Of a DNA stretch of 25,003 nt, positions 1 to 9,008 are shown in pieces (the stretch's first letter is position 1; every line of letters begins with the position of its first letter). The stretch covers positions 1 to 25,003 of the IMG/VR virus record IMGVR_UViG_3300020477_000120. One strand, written 5' to 3'. The notes under the pieces were generated by a model. The model had not been told where the DNA came from and did no database searches. It saw only the letters and a list, made by a program, of their open reading frames with translations. This DNA is from a virus. Taxonomy: Duplodnaviria; Caudoviricetes. A program made the translations under genes and the position numbers.

Positions 1-410
1 CCTTCTTTTTTAACTTGTTCAATACCTGATGAAATCAGAGTTTTCTTTTTTTCAATTCCAGAAGAAACATCTTTCTTTACAGTCTCAATTGTGCTAGAGG
101 CACCTTTTTTAATTCTTCGTCCAAATTCATCAAACCCTTCTGAAGCCTTCTTTAAAATAGGCGGTGGTTTAGCAACTACTGCTTTAACTGTTTCTGTGGC
201 TTGTTCCGCACCACCTGTAACTGCCTTTTCTACTGCCTGACCTGTTTTATCTAAATCTGAACCTGTATAACCAGTTTGTTTTGCAACTTTTTTTACAAGT
301 GGGTTATCACCTATAGAGCCACCGCCACCTCCGCCACCTCCGTAGCAGATGGTTTTAGATTTTGGAAATGATTCACAATCCCAAGGTCGAGATAAGTTTA
401 ATAAGTCCAT
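1..410 (-). CDS. Putative virion protein with a ~22-aa leader followed by CYGGGGGGG; 3' end truncated by the window
   Basis: Not in the ORF track. ATG at 410 directly follows the stop of 412..885 and the frame is open to the window edge (MDLLNLSRPWDCESFPKSKTICYGGGGGGGSIGDNPLVKKVAKQ...). Lys/Ala/Gly-rich, and located where T7-like phages carry gp6.7/gp7.3-like virion proteins. Confidence 0.75.
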   Translation of the reverse strand, partial: MDLLNLSRPWDCESFPKSKTICYGGGGGGGGSIGDNPLVKKVAKQTGYTGSDLDKTGQAVEKAVTGGAEQATETVKAVVAKPPPILKKASEGFDEFGRRIKKGASSTIETVKKDVSSGIEKKKTLISSGIEQVKKE

Positions 411-411
411 T

Positions 412-885
412 TTATTTTATTGGTAGATAGAAAAAATAACGAACTACTGTATCAGGCCAATCCTCTTTTACTCTCTTTTTAAAGTATTCCAGATCAGTAT
501 ACCCTGAGATTCCTTCGCAATCATTATCTTTGGCAAATTGTTTTAACACTTGTTCCCCTTCTTGATATGCTTGAAGCATAGCCATTGCATCTATGTCTCT
601 TAATCTAGTAAAAGAGAACCATAATAAAGATTGTCTACCAGTAAATTCACAAACCTGAACTTGTGTCAGTATAACATAATCAATATCATCACTCTCTGAT
701 ACCCAGAGTTGCATAGTCGCATTGAAGGGATTCGTTAGCTTTTTAAATATATTTTTAAGAGCATCCTTATGGTATCCGATAGTCTCATGAGAACCAGTAG
801 ATGAATTTAGAGCCAAGTGTACAGCAGGTTGGAATACACTATCCCACTTTTCTGCTATCTCTTTTTCTTTTACTATTCTAAACAA
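412..885 (-). CDS. Putative GNAT-fold acyltransferase-like protein
   Basis: 157 aa with a TTG start. A beta-rich core (YVILTQVQ...SLLWFSF) is followed by LKQFAKDNDCEGISGYT, resembling the helix-GC-strand pattern of phage GNAT-like proteins. The fold call is inference. Confidence 0.55.
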   Translation of the reverse strand: MFRIVKEKEIAEKWDSVFQPAVHLALNSSTGSHETIGYHKDALKNIFKKLTNPFNATMQLWVSESDDIDYVILTQVQVCEFTGRQSLLWFSFTRLRDIDAMAMLQAYQEGEQVLKQFAKDNDCEGISGYTDLEYFKKRVKEDWPDTVVRYFFYLPIK

Positions 886-1308
886 TTATTTATTTCTTAC
901 CGTAAGTGCCCTCTTACCACGCTGACTCTTCTTTGTCTTTGAGTCTCCCATGTCAGCTTTTTTCTTTGAACCACTGGTTTTACCAGTAGTCCCTGCTCGT
1001 TGACTGTAGTTAGCTTCACTGGTCATCGGTCCTGGTTCCTTTGAACCTTGGTCAAATGGGTTCCCACCAGTTAAAATTTTGCCTAAACCATGACCAATAA
1101 TACCTACTTGTTTTACGTTATGTGCTATACCTTGATTTATTGTCTCCATACCACGACCAAGTGCCCCACCTAATCCTTCTTCTTGACCAAGAACACTGTC
1201 TAGTTGTCTATAATTATGAGCCATTCCTTCACCAAAGTTTTGCATATCAACCCCTTTTACACTACGAGGTTTAAGTCTTTCTACAGCATCACTTGCACTA
1301 CCACCCAT
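886..1308 (-). CDS. Putative virion protein with MGGS N-terminus and basic C-terminus (gp6.7/7.3-like)
   Basis: 140 aa, starts MGGSAS with RBS AGGAG, Gly-rich, ends KKSQRGKRALTVRNK, reminiscent of the GKxxLxV tail of T7 gp6.7/7.3-type proteins. Confidence 0.65.
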   Translation of the reverse strand: MGGSASDAVERLKPRSVKGVDMQNFGEGMAHNYRQLDSVLGQEEGLGGALGRGMETINQGIAHNVKQVGIIGHGLGKILTGGNPFDQGSKEPGPMTSEANYSQRAGTTGKTSGSKKKADMGDSKTKKSQRGKRALTVRNK

Positions 1309-1309
1309 T

Positions 1310-1699
1310 TTAATCTCCTGTTGTATGATTTAGGAACAAACTCCAGTCACCTCCTTCTGTACCAGAAAATTTCATGAGCTTGTTTGATAACAATTTGTAA
1401 TAAGGCGACTCAGGTTCACACGGAAGCACATAACTTCCATAACCATTTTGGTTCATGAGTGTGTCAGCCGCTTGGAATATAGCTAGAGAATCTCTATGTC
1501 TTATTCTTTGTGTGTGCATCCACCAAAATACAACAGGAGCACCAATACTAAAAGCACCTGCAATATCTCCATTTTTATATACTACATGAGTAGGAAATAA
1601 TGGATGTCTACTACCGTCTTTACCACCTTCTTTCAACACTTTATTATAGAGGTCTTGCGTTTTAATTGCCTCTATGCGTATGTCTAAAAGGCTAGACAC
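1310..1699 (-). CDS. Putative GNAT-fold acyltransferase-like protein
   Basis: 129 aa. THVVYKNGDIAGAFSIG (beta-hairpin), VVFWWMH, a helix, then GYGSYVLPCEPESPY, matching the order of GNAT secondary-structure elements. Inference. Confidence 0.5.
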   Translation of the reverse strand: MSSLLDIRIEAIKTQDLYNKVLKEGGKDGSRHPLFPTHVVYKNGDIAGAFSIGAPVVFWWMHTQRIRHRDSLAIFQAADTLMNQNGYGSYVLPCEPESPYYKLLSNKLMKFSGTEGGDWSLFLNHTTGD

Positions 1700-1916
1700 G
1701 ATTTAGACCACCACCTTTGTAACTACTATGTCCACCTGACCTACCTTTACCTGTGTTACGTTTTCTATACTTACGTTTAGAACCTGTCATCTTCTCAGAG
1801 GGTTCAGCAGTAGCCATATCCAACTCTGCCTGTGCAATCTCTGGAGTATCCATAGGTGCAGGAGGGGGAGGGGGAGGTGGCATCTTCATCTCAGGCATAC
1901 TCGGAGATCCGCCCAT
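1692..1916 (-). CDS. Small Pro-rich putative virion protein with MGGS N-terminus (gp6.7-like)
   Basis: ORF track gives 1692..1928; the probable start is MGGSPSMPEMKMPPPPPPPAP at 1916 after GAGG. Basic tail ending GGGLNRV. Confidence 0.7.
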   Translation of the reverse strand: MGGSPSMPEMKMPPPPPPPAPMDTPEIAQAELDMATAEPSEKMTGSKRKYRKRNTGKGRSGGHSSYKGGGLNRV

Positions 1917-2061
1917 CTTCATCCTCATGTATTTGTTTTATTCTCTCAATCACACTACGCTGACCTTGAAGGAAAGCTAGTTGATTTGAGTTTAGGTCTG
2001 CCATTGGCAGTTTGTCAGGATAATACCTGTCCAATATTTCTATAAGTTCTCGTATAACCAT
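1891..2061 (-). CDS. Small conserved podophage protein (T7 gp6.5-like position and motif)
   Basis: Not in the ORF track (56 aa): MVIRELIEILDRYYPDKLPMADLNSNQLAFLQGQRSVIERIKQIHEDEDGRISEYA. The L-(F/Y)PD...GQRSVI pattern is typical of the first gene of the structural module in T7-like phages. Confidence 0.75.
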   Translation of the reverse strand: MVIRELIEILDRYYPDKLPMADLNSNQLAFLQGQRSVIERIKQIHEDEDGRISEYA

Positions 2062-2077
2062 AGTCCATAAATGTCAG

Positions 2078-4018
2078 TTATATGACTTCACATGCGTTTC
2101 CAGTGCAAGCTAATTCCTGACTGGATGTAGTGTAGTCCTCTTTTTCATAGTCACTAAGTTCACCCCATGTAACCATAGGAACCATACTTGTGAGTTCAAT
2201 AAATTTTTGTTCATCACACTCTTCGTAGGGTGCTTGTTGATAACTATGGTCACTATGTGGTAAAAAAGATATACCAGATATACTATCAAAATTATCGTAC
2301 ACCCATGCACCTACATCTACCCATTCATCTTCTTTTACTGAAATAGTAACCGAAGGTTTATGTTCACACCAATGTTCAGCATACATCTTCCATGTCTCAA
2401 GCTGAGTTATAGCATCTAACTCATCTCTCATCACGGATCTCTCAGGACTCTGCATTGGAAAAGAGAACACCATGTTAGACTTGTTTATCACATCCTCTTC
2501 GCACGGAAACCCTTTCTCTCGCATAAACTTACATAATGGATCTTTCTTATCCATTCTGATTCTACGTATGTAGTACCATGAGTGTCTAGCATGAATACCA
2601 GATGCTGAGTTACAGAGTTGACTTACAGTACCCGAAGGTTTGACACAAGTAATTGAAGAAGATGGGTTAATATTAAGTTTCTTAGCCCACTCCTGGTTTG
2701 TCTTAATAGCAACTGCTTTGAAATCCTCTAGCATCTTAGGTTCAGGAAATGCTGTCAACTCATTATCCATGATACCAGTTAGAGACACACCAAGCAACCT
2801 TTCTTCTTCACAATTCTTCTTCCATTCTGCACTGAGGTACTTGAAGTCAGTTAATGTAGACTGCATGGTACCTAGTATTGTTGCAAATTTAATCTTATCC
2901 TTTATATTTACTTGGGTATCTTTTTCCCTAATGACTACTTCTGAAAGGTTGCAGAATTGTCTGGAACGTAGAATGATTTCGGAACATGGATTGGTACCGA
3001 AGTCTTCTCTAGCATCCCTTCTATCTCCAAGTTTTTCTGTGTGAGTCTGAGAGTTTTTCGATGAGTAGATACCACGTTCTCCAGACTTCGACTCGTAAAG
3101 GGAAGTCCATTCATTAAGGAAGGTTCCCGTGTCAGGTTTGGAGTGATAGTTTGCTGAATTGTTTGCGAGTGCTCTGTGTGGGTGCTCGTCCCACCATCGC
3201 CCACTTTTCGCCTTCCGCATTTGTTCATCGCCAAGGTCACTGATACTAATAAGAGCAGACCTACGAACCCCACCAACGACCACAACCTCCGCCGCTTTGC
3301 ATACAATGTCATGGCACTCAATTGGTTTGAGTTTTCTTCCTCTTGCATATTCAAATGTACGTACTGTGAAATTAAATAGAGACTCTAGTGGCTCTGGTCC
3401 AGAGGCTCTGCCTCCAAATGTTTTCAACACAGACCCAGCAGGTCTCACTTTACTCGTGTCCCAATCAGGTATTACACCTGCATACAACAGAGCAATCAGA
3501 TCCTTGAATGCTTTTGCCCACCCAAGTTTACTATCTCTAACTGTAATCTTTGTGTCAGTCTTATGCAGCTTATCTGGTATCACAGGTAGTTTACTTGTGT
3601 ACTTTTCTTCTACACTAAAGCCTACACCAGTACCATTCATAAGAATGTACACAATCTCATCAAAGGATCGTGGAGAATCTATGTGAACATAGGAACAATT
3701 GTACCCTGCTACATTCTCTTTTTCTAACGCTGGACCTGCTGTCATAAGACACCTCATACTTGGCATAACATCGAGGTTCTTAACTGCATCCACGAGATCA
3801 CGTAGTGTCTGTGTAGATGTAAAGTCAATATCTAGTTTTTCACTGAAGAAGTTGAAGTATCTTGTTACTGTCTCTTCCCATGTCTCTCTTCTGTTCTTCT
3901 CATAGTCCCACCGAGAGTAGCGAGACAAATGGATAAGTTGTTGGTATTGCGTTGGTAGTGTCACGTATACATACTCATTGAATTTGGTTAATATATAATC
4001 ACGGAACTCAGGAGTCAC
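2078..4018 (-). CDS. nrdJ: Class II (adenosylcobalamin-dependent) ribonucleotide reductase
   Basis: 646 aa with SRYSRW..RRETWEE, YNCSY, GGVRRSA, TNPCSEI (thiyl Cys), CVKPSGT and a C-terminal CxxxxC (CTGNAC). No small-subunit gene is adjacent. Exact start uncertain. Confidence 0.93.
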   Translation of the reverse strand: MTPEFRDYILTKFNEYVYVTLPTQYQQLIHLSRYSRWDYEKNRRETWEETVTRYFNFFSEKLDIDFTSTQTLRDLVDAVKNLDVMPSMRCLMTAGPALEKENVAGYNCSYVHIDSPRSFDEIVYILMNGTGVGFSVEEKYTSKLPVIPDKLHKTDTKITVRDSKLGWAKAFKDLIALLYAGVIPDWDTSKVRPAGSVLKTFGGRASGPEPLESLFNFTVRTFEYARGRKLKPIECHDIVCKAAEVVVVGGVRRSALISISDLGDEQMRKAKSGRWWDEHPHRALANNSANYHSKPDTGTFLNEWTSLYESKSGERGIYSSKNSQTHTEKLGDRRDAREDFGTNPCSEIILRSRQFCNLSEVVIREKDTQVNIKDKIKFATILGTMQSTLTDFKYLSAEWKKNCEEERLLGVSLTGIMDNELTAFPEPKMLEDFKAVAIKTNQEWAKKLNINPSSSITCVKPSGTVSQLCNSASGIHARHSWYYIRRIRMDKKDPLCKFMREKGFPCEEDVINKSNMVFSFPMQSPERSVMRDELDAITQLETWKMYAEHWCEHKPSVTISVKEDEWVDVGAWVYDNFDSISGISFLPHSDHSYQQAPYEECDEQKFIELTSMVPMVTWGELSDYEKEDYTTSSQELACTGNACEVI

Positions 4019-4415
4019 GCTTTTCTTTTTCTCGTTCTATTAGACGATCTAAATAGAACTTAGCTTTTTCAAGATCCTTAACTCCTCCTTTCATGTCGTA
4101 GCGAGATACATATTTTATAATGTTCCCCTCTAAAAAGTCAAGTCCATTCTTTTGAATGTAGTCCAAAGGCTCTATGTTGTACCCTGCACAATAATGTTCA
4201 GGCTTCGTTATGTCATCGAACTGTTGGTTAGCGTAGTCCTTCAGATCTTTCACAAGTTCCTCAGTGTCTTTAGGTCTAACCTGATCCCAGCAATTATCTT
4301 CTACAATATCATTACCTAATGTATCCACATACCTCATTGGTGGGCCATACTGTCCAAAGATTCTTCTACCAGTCCTCTCATCTCTGTTCATCTGATCTCT
4401 ATTGTAGTCTGCCAT
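4008..4415 (-). CDS. DUF3310 protein (T7 gp1.7-like nucleotide kinase family)
   Basis: Contains ITKPEHY...IEPLDYI...FLEGNIIKYVSRY..KGGVKDLEKAKFYL. Start is probably MADYN (4415) or about 4445 rather than 4535. Confidence 0.85.
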   Translation of the reverse strand: MADYNRDQMNRDERTGRRIFGQYGPPMRYVDTLGNDIVEDNCWDQVRPKDTEELVKDLKDYANQQFDDITKPEHYCAGYNIEPLDYIQKNGLDFLEGNIIKYVSRYDMKGGVKDLEKAKFYLDRLIEREKEKRDS

Positions 4416-4419
4416 CTGT

Positions 4420-5199
4420 TCACGCTGTTTCAACGATTTCATCATAAGGATACCATAACTTTGGATAAATGTCAAGACCATCGTACTGGTCTTTGCGTAG
4501 AATGTATGCCATACGTGCTTGCAGTATAGCTTCATCTCTACTTAGTTTAGCTTTAATAAACGTATCAACAACAGCATCCCACATATCTATGTCTTCCTCT
4601 ATTGCTTTGTCAAGTATGCGTTTAGCCTTAACTTTACCTATCCCTGGACACCCTTTGTACCCATCAGTAGAGTCTCCACTAAGAGTTTGCATATAGAAGT
4701 TGTAGTCTGCAAGACCCTCGTCAATATAAAACATCTCTTTCTTCTCAAAGTCCCAATGGTAACCTGGAACTGTAAGAAGATCTTTGTCTATCGACACAAT
4801 GCAACAATGATCTGGAAACATTGTGTTCTTGACACCTAATAGATCATCAGCCTCTAGCCAATCAGACTCAAAGGCATCATACTTCTCTCTAACGTAATCT
4901 TTGGCATTGTTAAAACATAATGGTTTCCTAATTCCTGAACGGTGTTGTTTATATTCCTTAAAAATTTTTTTCCTAAAATTATTAGGACTTGAGAAGCAGA
5001 TGGATAGCTCATGTACACCTGAGTCTTTCCGTAAGTTAGAAAGCTCAGAGTCTATCATACCCTTCACTTCTCTAAAGTCAGCATGGAGTGTCCAAAAGTC
5101 ATCACCCCAATGTATTTCATTCTCAGCCGCTGATGTATTCTTGTATATCAGAATATCACCATCAATAAGCAACTGCTCAATCTTTGGTTTCGCTTTCAC
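4420..5199 (-). CDS. 5'-3' exonuclease (T7 gp6-like)
   Basis: Motifs LLIDGD, NFRK..YK..R, LEADD, SIDKD and [14 protein letters not shown]. Confidence 0.95.
   Translation of the reverse strand: MKAKPKIEQLLIDGDILIYKNTSAAENEIHWGDDFWTLHADFREVKGMIDSELSNLRKDSGVHELSICFSSPNNFRKKIFKEYKQHRSGIRKPLCFNNAKDYVREKYDAFESDWLEADDLLGVKNTMFPDHCCIVSIDKDLLTVPGYHWDFEKKEMFYIDEGLADYNFYMQTLSGDSTDGYKGCPGIGKVKAKRILDKAIEEDIDMWDAVVDTFIKAKLSRDEAILQARMAYILRKDQYDGLDIYPKLWYPYDEIVETA
4447..4475 (-). promoter_or_regulatory. Sigma70-type promoter at the 3' end of the exonuclease gene, upstream of DUF3310/nrdJ
   Basis: TTGACA-N17-TATCCT with an extended -10 TG. Confidence 0.55.
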
Positions 5200-5243
5200 T
5201 ACTAAAACCTTTTGTATTCAACGCAGACTCAAACCCAAAGTCA

Positions 5244-7025
5244 TTAGTGAGTTTCAGCCCAGTTGTTCCCAATTTTATATTCTGCGTCAAGTTTGATTCG
5301 CAGTTCATAGACATCCCTGGCAATTCCAATTGCTTGAACCGCTTTTTCTCCGATTGTTTGCTCATGTCCCTCTTTAGCTAGAACTTGTATTTCATCATGT
5401 ACAAATGCAACTTGTTGATAGTCAGTCCCCTCTTGAAGACCTGCTTCTTTCAACAGTTTGTGGAACTCAACAACCCAACGCTTGCAGATGATAGCACCTG
5501 CTGATTGACATAGCGTATTGATTGCTGAATGTGCTGAACGAACTGGTATCCAACGTCCATCAAGACCTTTGATATACCCAAGTTCCTCAACACGTGCATT
5601 CAAGTCCTCTTTGAGTCTCTTGAACGCAGGTAACTTTCTAAAGAATCTATCCCTGAGTTTAGCACCTTCTTTCGGTCCCTTACCCACAATCTCACCGAGT
5701 CGCTGTACACCTGCCCCATAAAGTATAGCATATAAAAATGTTTTCGCAAGTTCTCGACTAGGTAGCCCCAAGGCTTTCTGATTGTCAGAATGTATGTCTC
5801 CCTTGAGAACAGTATTACCGAATAAGCCGTTGTCATACCTAGCAAGGTAATGAGCAACAACCCTAGCTTCAAGACCTGAGACATCACATCCCACAAGTTT
5901 ATAACCATCTGGAGCATAGAAGAGTTGTCTACATTCTTTCCCAAAGGGTGAGTGGATATTCGGTACTTGACCCAAGTTAGGGTGCGAGTGAGAGCAACGA
6001 GAGGCGATTGTGCCCATAGTATGGACCGTCCCATGTAGCTTGCCCTGTTTCTCCATGTGTAACCAGCCATTCTGTCCTTCTGATAGTTGACCAATCATTT
6101 TATTAGTACGGAACGCCTCTGCCATCATCTTAGCTTCAGGGTATGGCAGAGATTCTAAGATCGATTCATCAATCTTCGCTTCACCAGATGGTGTAAATTC
6201 CTTTGGTTCCCAACCGTGAATGTCCTTCAGTCTTTTGGCTATATGTTGTCTTGAATTAGGATTGAACTCAACAGTCCTAAGTTTCTGAACTTCTTTACCT
6301 TTTACATAACCTAGACGTTTGTTATTCACACGTGGAGTAAAGGGAGGACCATCAGGTACAGTCCACGTTCCGAACTTGTTCTTTAGTCGCTTATGAAGTA
6401 GAACACGATGTTCGCACAAGATAGCATAAAACCTAGCGGCTTTTAAGGAGTCAAATGGAAAGCCATTTTCCTTCTGTTTTTCACATATACGATAAATATC
6501 GTGTTCTAATTCAATGGACGAACTAGAGAAGTTACGTTTGCATAATAATTCGTACAATTTGTAGTTCAATTCAACATCACGTGCACAGTAGTTGAGCATG
6601 TCAACACTAAAGTTGTTGAATATCTGTTCACCTTCACCAAATTTACCCTTCTGGAATGCTAGTCTCTCACCCCATGACTCTAGTGAGTGTCTACCATATA
6701 GATTAGGCATGATTCTACGTTCATTGAAGTCACGTTCCTTCATGTCAGGGTACATAAGCCTTGACATAATCAATGTGTCCTCAATCTTAACCTCTGGTCT
6801 AGGTGACCACTTGAATACCTTGTCTAAAGCAGGTATATCAAATGATATAATGTTGTGCCCAATGAGTTTGTCATACTCAGACAACTTAGCAATACCATCT
6901 GGTACATGATCAGGATCATACTTGTACAAGTCTTGTTTCTCAAGATCATAGATGACAATACAATGTACCTTGGTTAGCTTTTCGTTTAACCCATTAGTCT
7001 CTATGTCAAACACGCATGAAGACAT
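5244..7025 (-). CDS. polA: Family A DNA polymerase with 3'-5' exonuclease (T7 gp5-like)
   Basis: FDIETNG (ExoI), GHNIISFD (ExoII), YCARDV (ExoIII), DVSGLE (motif A), RELAKTFLYAILYG (motif B), VHDE (motif C). Confidence 0.97.
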   Translation of the reverse strand: MSSCVFDIETNGLNEKLTKVHCIVIYDLEKQDLYKYDPDHVPDGIAKLSEYDKLIGHNIISFDIPALDKVFKWSPRPEVKIEDTLIMSRLMYPDMKERDFNERRIMPNLYGRHSLESWGERLAFQKGKFGEGEQIFNNFSVDMLNYCARDVELNYKLYELLCKRNFSSSSIELEHDIYRICEKQKENGFPFDSLKAARFYAILCEHRVLLHKRLKNKFGTWTVPDGPPFTPRVNNKRLGYVKGKEVQKLRTVEFNPNSRQHIAKRLKDIHGWEPKEFTPSGEAKIDESILESLPYPEAKMMAEAFRTNKMIGQLSEGQNGWLHMEKQGKLHGTVHTMGTIASRCSHSHPNLGQVPNIHSPFGKECRQLFYAPDGYKLVGCDVSGLEARVVAHYLARYDNGLFGNTVLKGDIHSDNQKALGLPSRELAKTFLYAILYGAGVQRLGEIVGKGPKEGAKLRDRFFRKLPAFKRLKEDLNARVEELGYIKGLDGRWIPVRSAHSAINTLCQSAGAIICKRWVVEFHKLLKEAGLQEGTDYQQVAFVHDEIQVLAKEGHEQTIGEKAVQAIGIARDVYELRIKLDAEYKIGNNWAETH

Positions 7026-8686
7026 TAGAAATCCTTTTTCATCTCATCGATTGGGAAAGGTATAGTATCCTCGTCTTCATCAAAGTCAACATGTTGATCC
7101 ATTTCATGTAATCTACCTGTGTCTTTGTTGTAGTCAAGAAAACATGCCTCTCCAGTTTCACCAGTCCATCGGTTCTTCAATATACGAACAGTAGTTCGGT
7201 CTGGTAGTTCACCCTGTTGGTCTCTCTCTGCACCAATAACGATGTCAGATAGTTGACCTATAGCCGCAGATCCACGTAGTTGTGCCATAGATGTACGTGC
7301 ACCATCTTCGTGGCCTTTGTTGCCCTGTGGTCTCTTCAGATGTGATACCAATATCATACCACAATTAACCTCTTCTGTCAAGCCCCGTAGTTTTGTCATC
7401 ATGTTATCAATGGCTCTACGTTCATCACCACCTTCCATACCTGACACTACGATAGATATATGATCAAGAAAAATGTAATCGCAACCACATCCACGGACCA
7501 TATACCTGATCTTGTTCAGCAGATTGTCTGATTCAAGAGAACCCCAATGGTCATACAAATAAACTCTACCTGTGTTCAGAGTAGCATCAAATGCTTCTTT
7601 GAAGTCATCTTTGTCAACCTCGATATTACCAAGGTGCAAAGGTTGGTTCAGGTAGATTCCCATGAACCCAAGAGCAGTACGTTTGTTGTTCTCCTCAAGA
7701 GCAATGTAACCAATAGTCTCACCTTGGTTCAGTATGTGATTGGCAAACTCACGACATAACTGTGACTTACCAATACCTGAACCTGCGGTTACAGTTACAA
7801 TCTCACCCTTTCGTATACCAAGAGTCTTCTCATTAAGACCGTTGTATGGGTAAGATACAGAAGACATAGAGTCCTCTGCATTCACAATGTCCCATAGCTC
7901 AGTCCCACATATAATACCATCAGGTCTGAAGACTGTGGCTTGCCAAATGCAACTAACGAGTTCCTGTACACGATCCTGTACAAGCATATCATTTGCATCC
8001 TTCAATGGCAACTTGGCAATCTTAGCTTTACCTGGAGGTAACAACTGGGCACATTCCAGTGCAGCTTTCTGTCCTGCTTCGTCACTATCGAACATGAATA
8101 CAACTTCTTCATATCCAGATAGAAGCTCAAGAGACTTACGAATACTATTGACTGCACCACCTGCACCAGTAGGTACAGAGTAGACAGGCCATTGGTTACC
8201 CTGAGTCTGAGAAACAGACAGTGCATCTATCTCACCCTCTGTGATGATAGCTTTCTTCCCTTTTCCAGACCATAGGTGTTCACCATAAAGACCCACTTGT
8301 TTCAAGTCTCCACGAACTGTGAAGTCTTTGTTCCTGAAACGGATCTTCTGTGCAACTCTTGTACCATTCTGGTCACGATAGTTTGCAATCTGCACCTTCT
8401 GACCACCCATCTCACCAACACGATAGTCCCACTTCTGACATGTTTCTTCTGTGAGACCACGAGCAGGTAAAGGGGTCACCTCACCTTCAATTAAATCCAA
8501 AAACTTTACCTCATTTTGTTGTTGATAAAATGTATTACCATCAGAGTCACCAGACTCACGATAGTGACAACCAAAGCAATATCCATGTCCATCAGAAAAC
8601 CTCGCTAAGTTATCTCTTGACCCACAAGAGGGACAAGGTTCATGTCTTATAAAAGTGTTATCTCTTTCCATCGATTCATTGACCAC
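7025..8686 (-). CDS. Primase-helicase (T7 gp4-like)
   Basis: Zn ribbon CPSC...CFGC, TOPRIM EGEIDALS / FDSDEAG, Walker A AGSGIGKS, DHIS and LRGSAAIGQLSD. Confidence 0.97.
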   Translation of the reverse strand: MVNESMERDNTFIRHEPCPSCGSRDNLARFSDGHGYCFGCHYRESGDSDGNTFYQQQNEVKFLDLIEGEVTPLPARGLTEETCQKWDYRVGEMGGQKVQIANYRDQNGTRVAQKIRFRNKDFTVRGDLKQVGLYGEHLWSGKGKKAIITEGEIDALSVSQTQGNQWPVYSVPTGAGGAVNSIRKSLELLSGYEEVVFMFDSDEAGQKAALECAQLLPPGKAKIAKLPLKDANDMLVQDRVQELVSCIWQATVFRPDGIICGTELWDIVNAEDSMSSVSYPYNGLNEKTLGIRKGEIVTVTAGSGIGKSQLCREFANHILNQGETIGYIALEENNKRTALGFMGIYLNQPLHLGNIEVDKDDFKEAFDATLNTGRVYLYDHWGSLESDNLLNKIRYMVRGCGCDYIFLDHISIVVSGMEGGDERRAIDNMMTKLRGLTEEVNCGMILVSHLKRPQGNKGHEDGARTSMAQLRGSAAIGQLSDIVIGAERDQQGELPDRTTVRILKNRWTGETGEACFLDYNKDTGRLHEMDQHVDFDEDEDTIPFPIDEMKKDF

Positions 8687-9008
8687 CTCTTAGGTTAGCT
8701 AATTCATCCTCTGTCAGAGTACGACCACCTTCCTGTGGTTCGTGACCTTCATGCCAATCAGGTTGAAAGATAATCTCCGCACCTTCTACCTCATCGTCAT
8801 CATACTTCTCCGTCAGATGATCTCCTATTATATACATACACTCAGCAATAGCAAGACCAACTGCTTTACCTACGTTGGGTGGTAGGTTCTCATCTAGCAC
8901 GCCCATCACTTGCTCAAAGGCAGTTTGTAGGTCATTAGAGAACACATTTTCCCACCTCTTGTCTTCTAGGTTTATAACCTTATCCGTTCCTGTACCCTGT
9001 TTTTCCAT
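8676..9008 (-). CDS. Acidic hypothetical protein
   Basis: ORF track gives 8676..9083; the likely start is MEKQG (9008) after GGAGAG. Overlaps the primase start. Confidence 0.65.
   Translation of the reverse strand: MEKQGTGTDKVINLEDKRWENVFSNDLQTAFEQVMGVLDENLPPNVGKAVGLAIAECMYIIGDHLTEKYDDDEVEGAEIIFQPDWHEGHEPQEGGRTLTEDELANLRGGQ

Noticed and set aside
1861-1880. G-rich run (ggagggggagggggaggtgg) as a repeat or G-quadruplex
   Set aside because: Explained by poly-Pro codons on the - strand.
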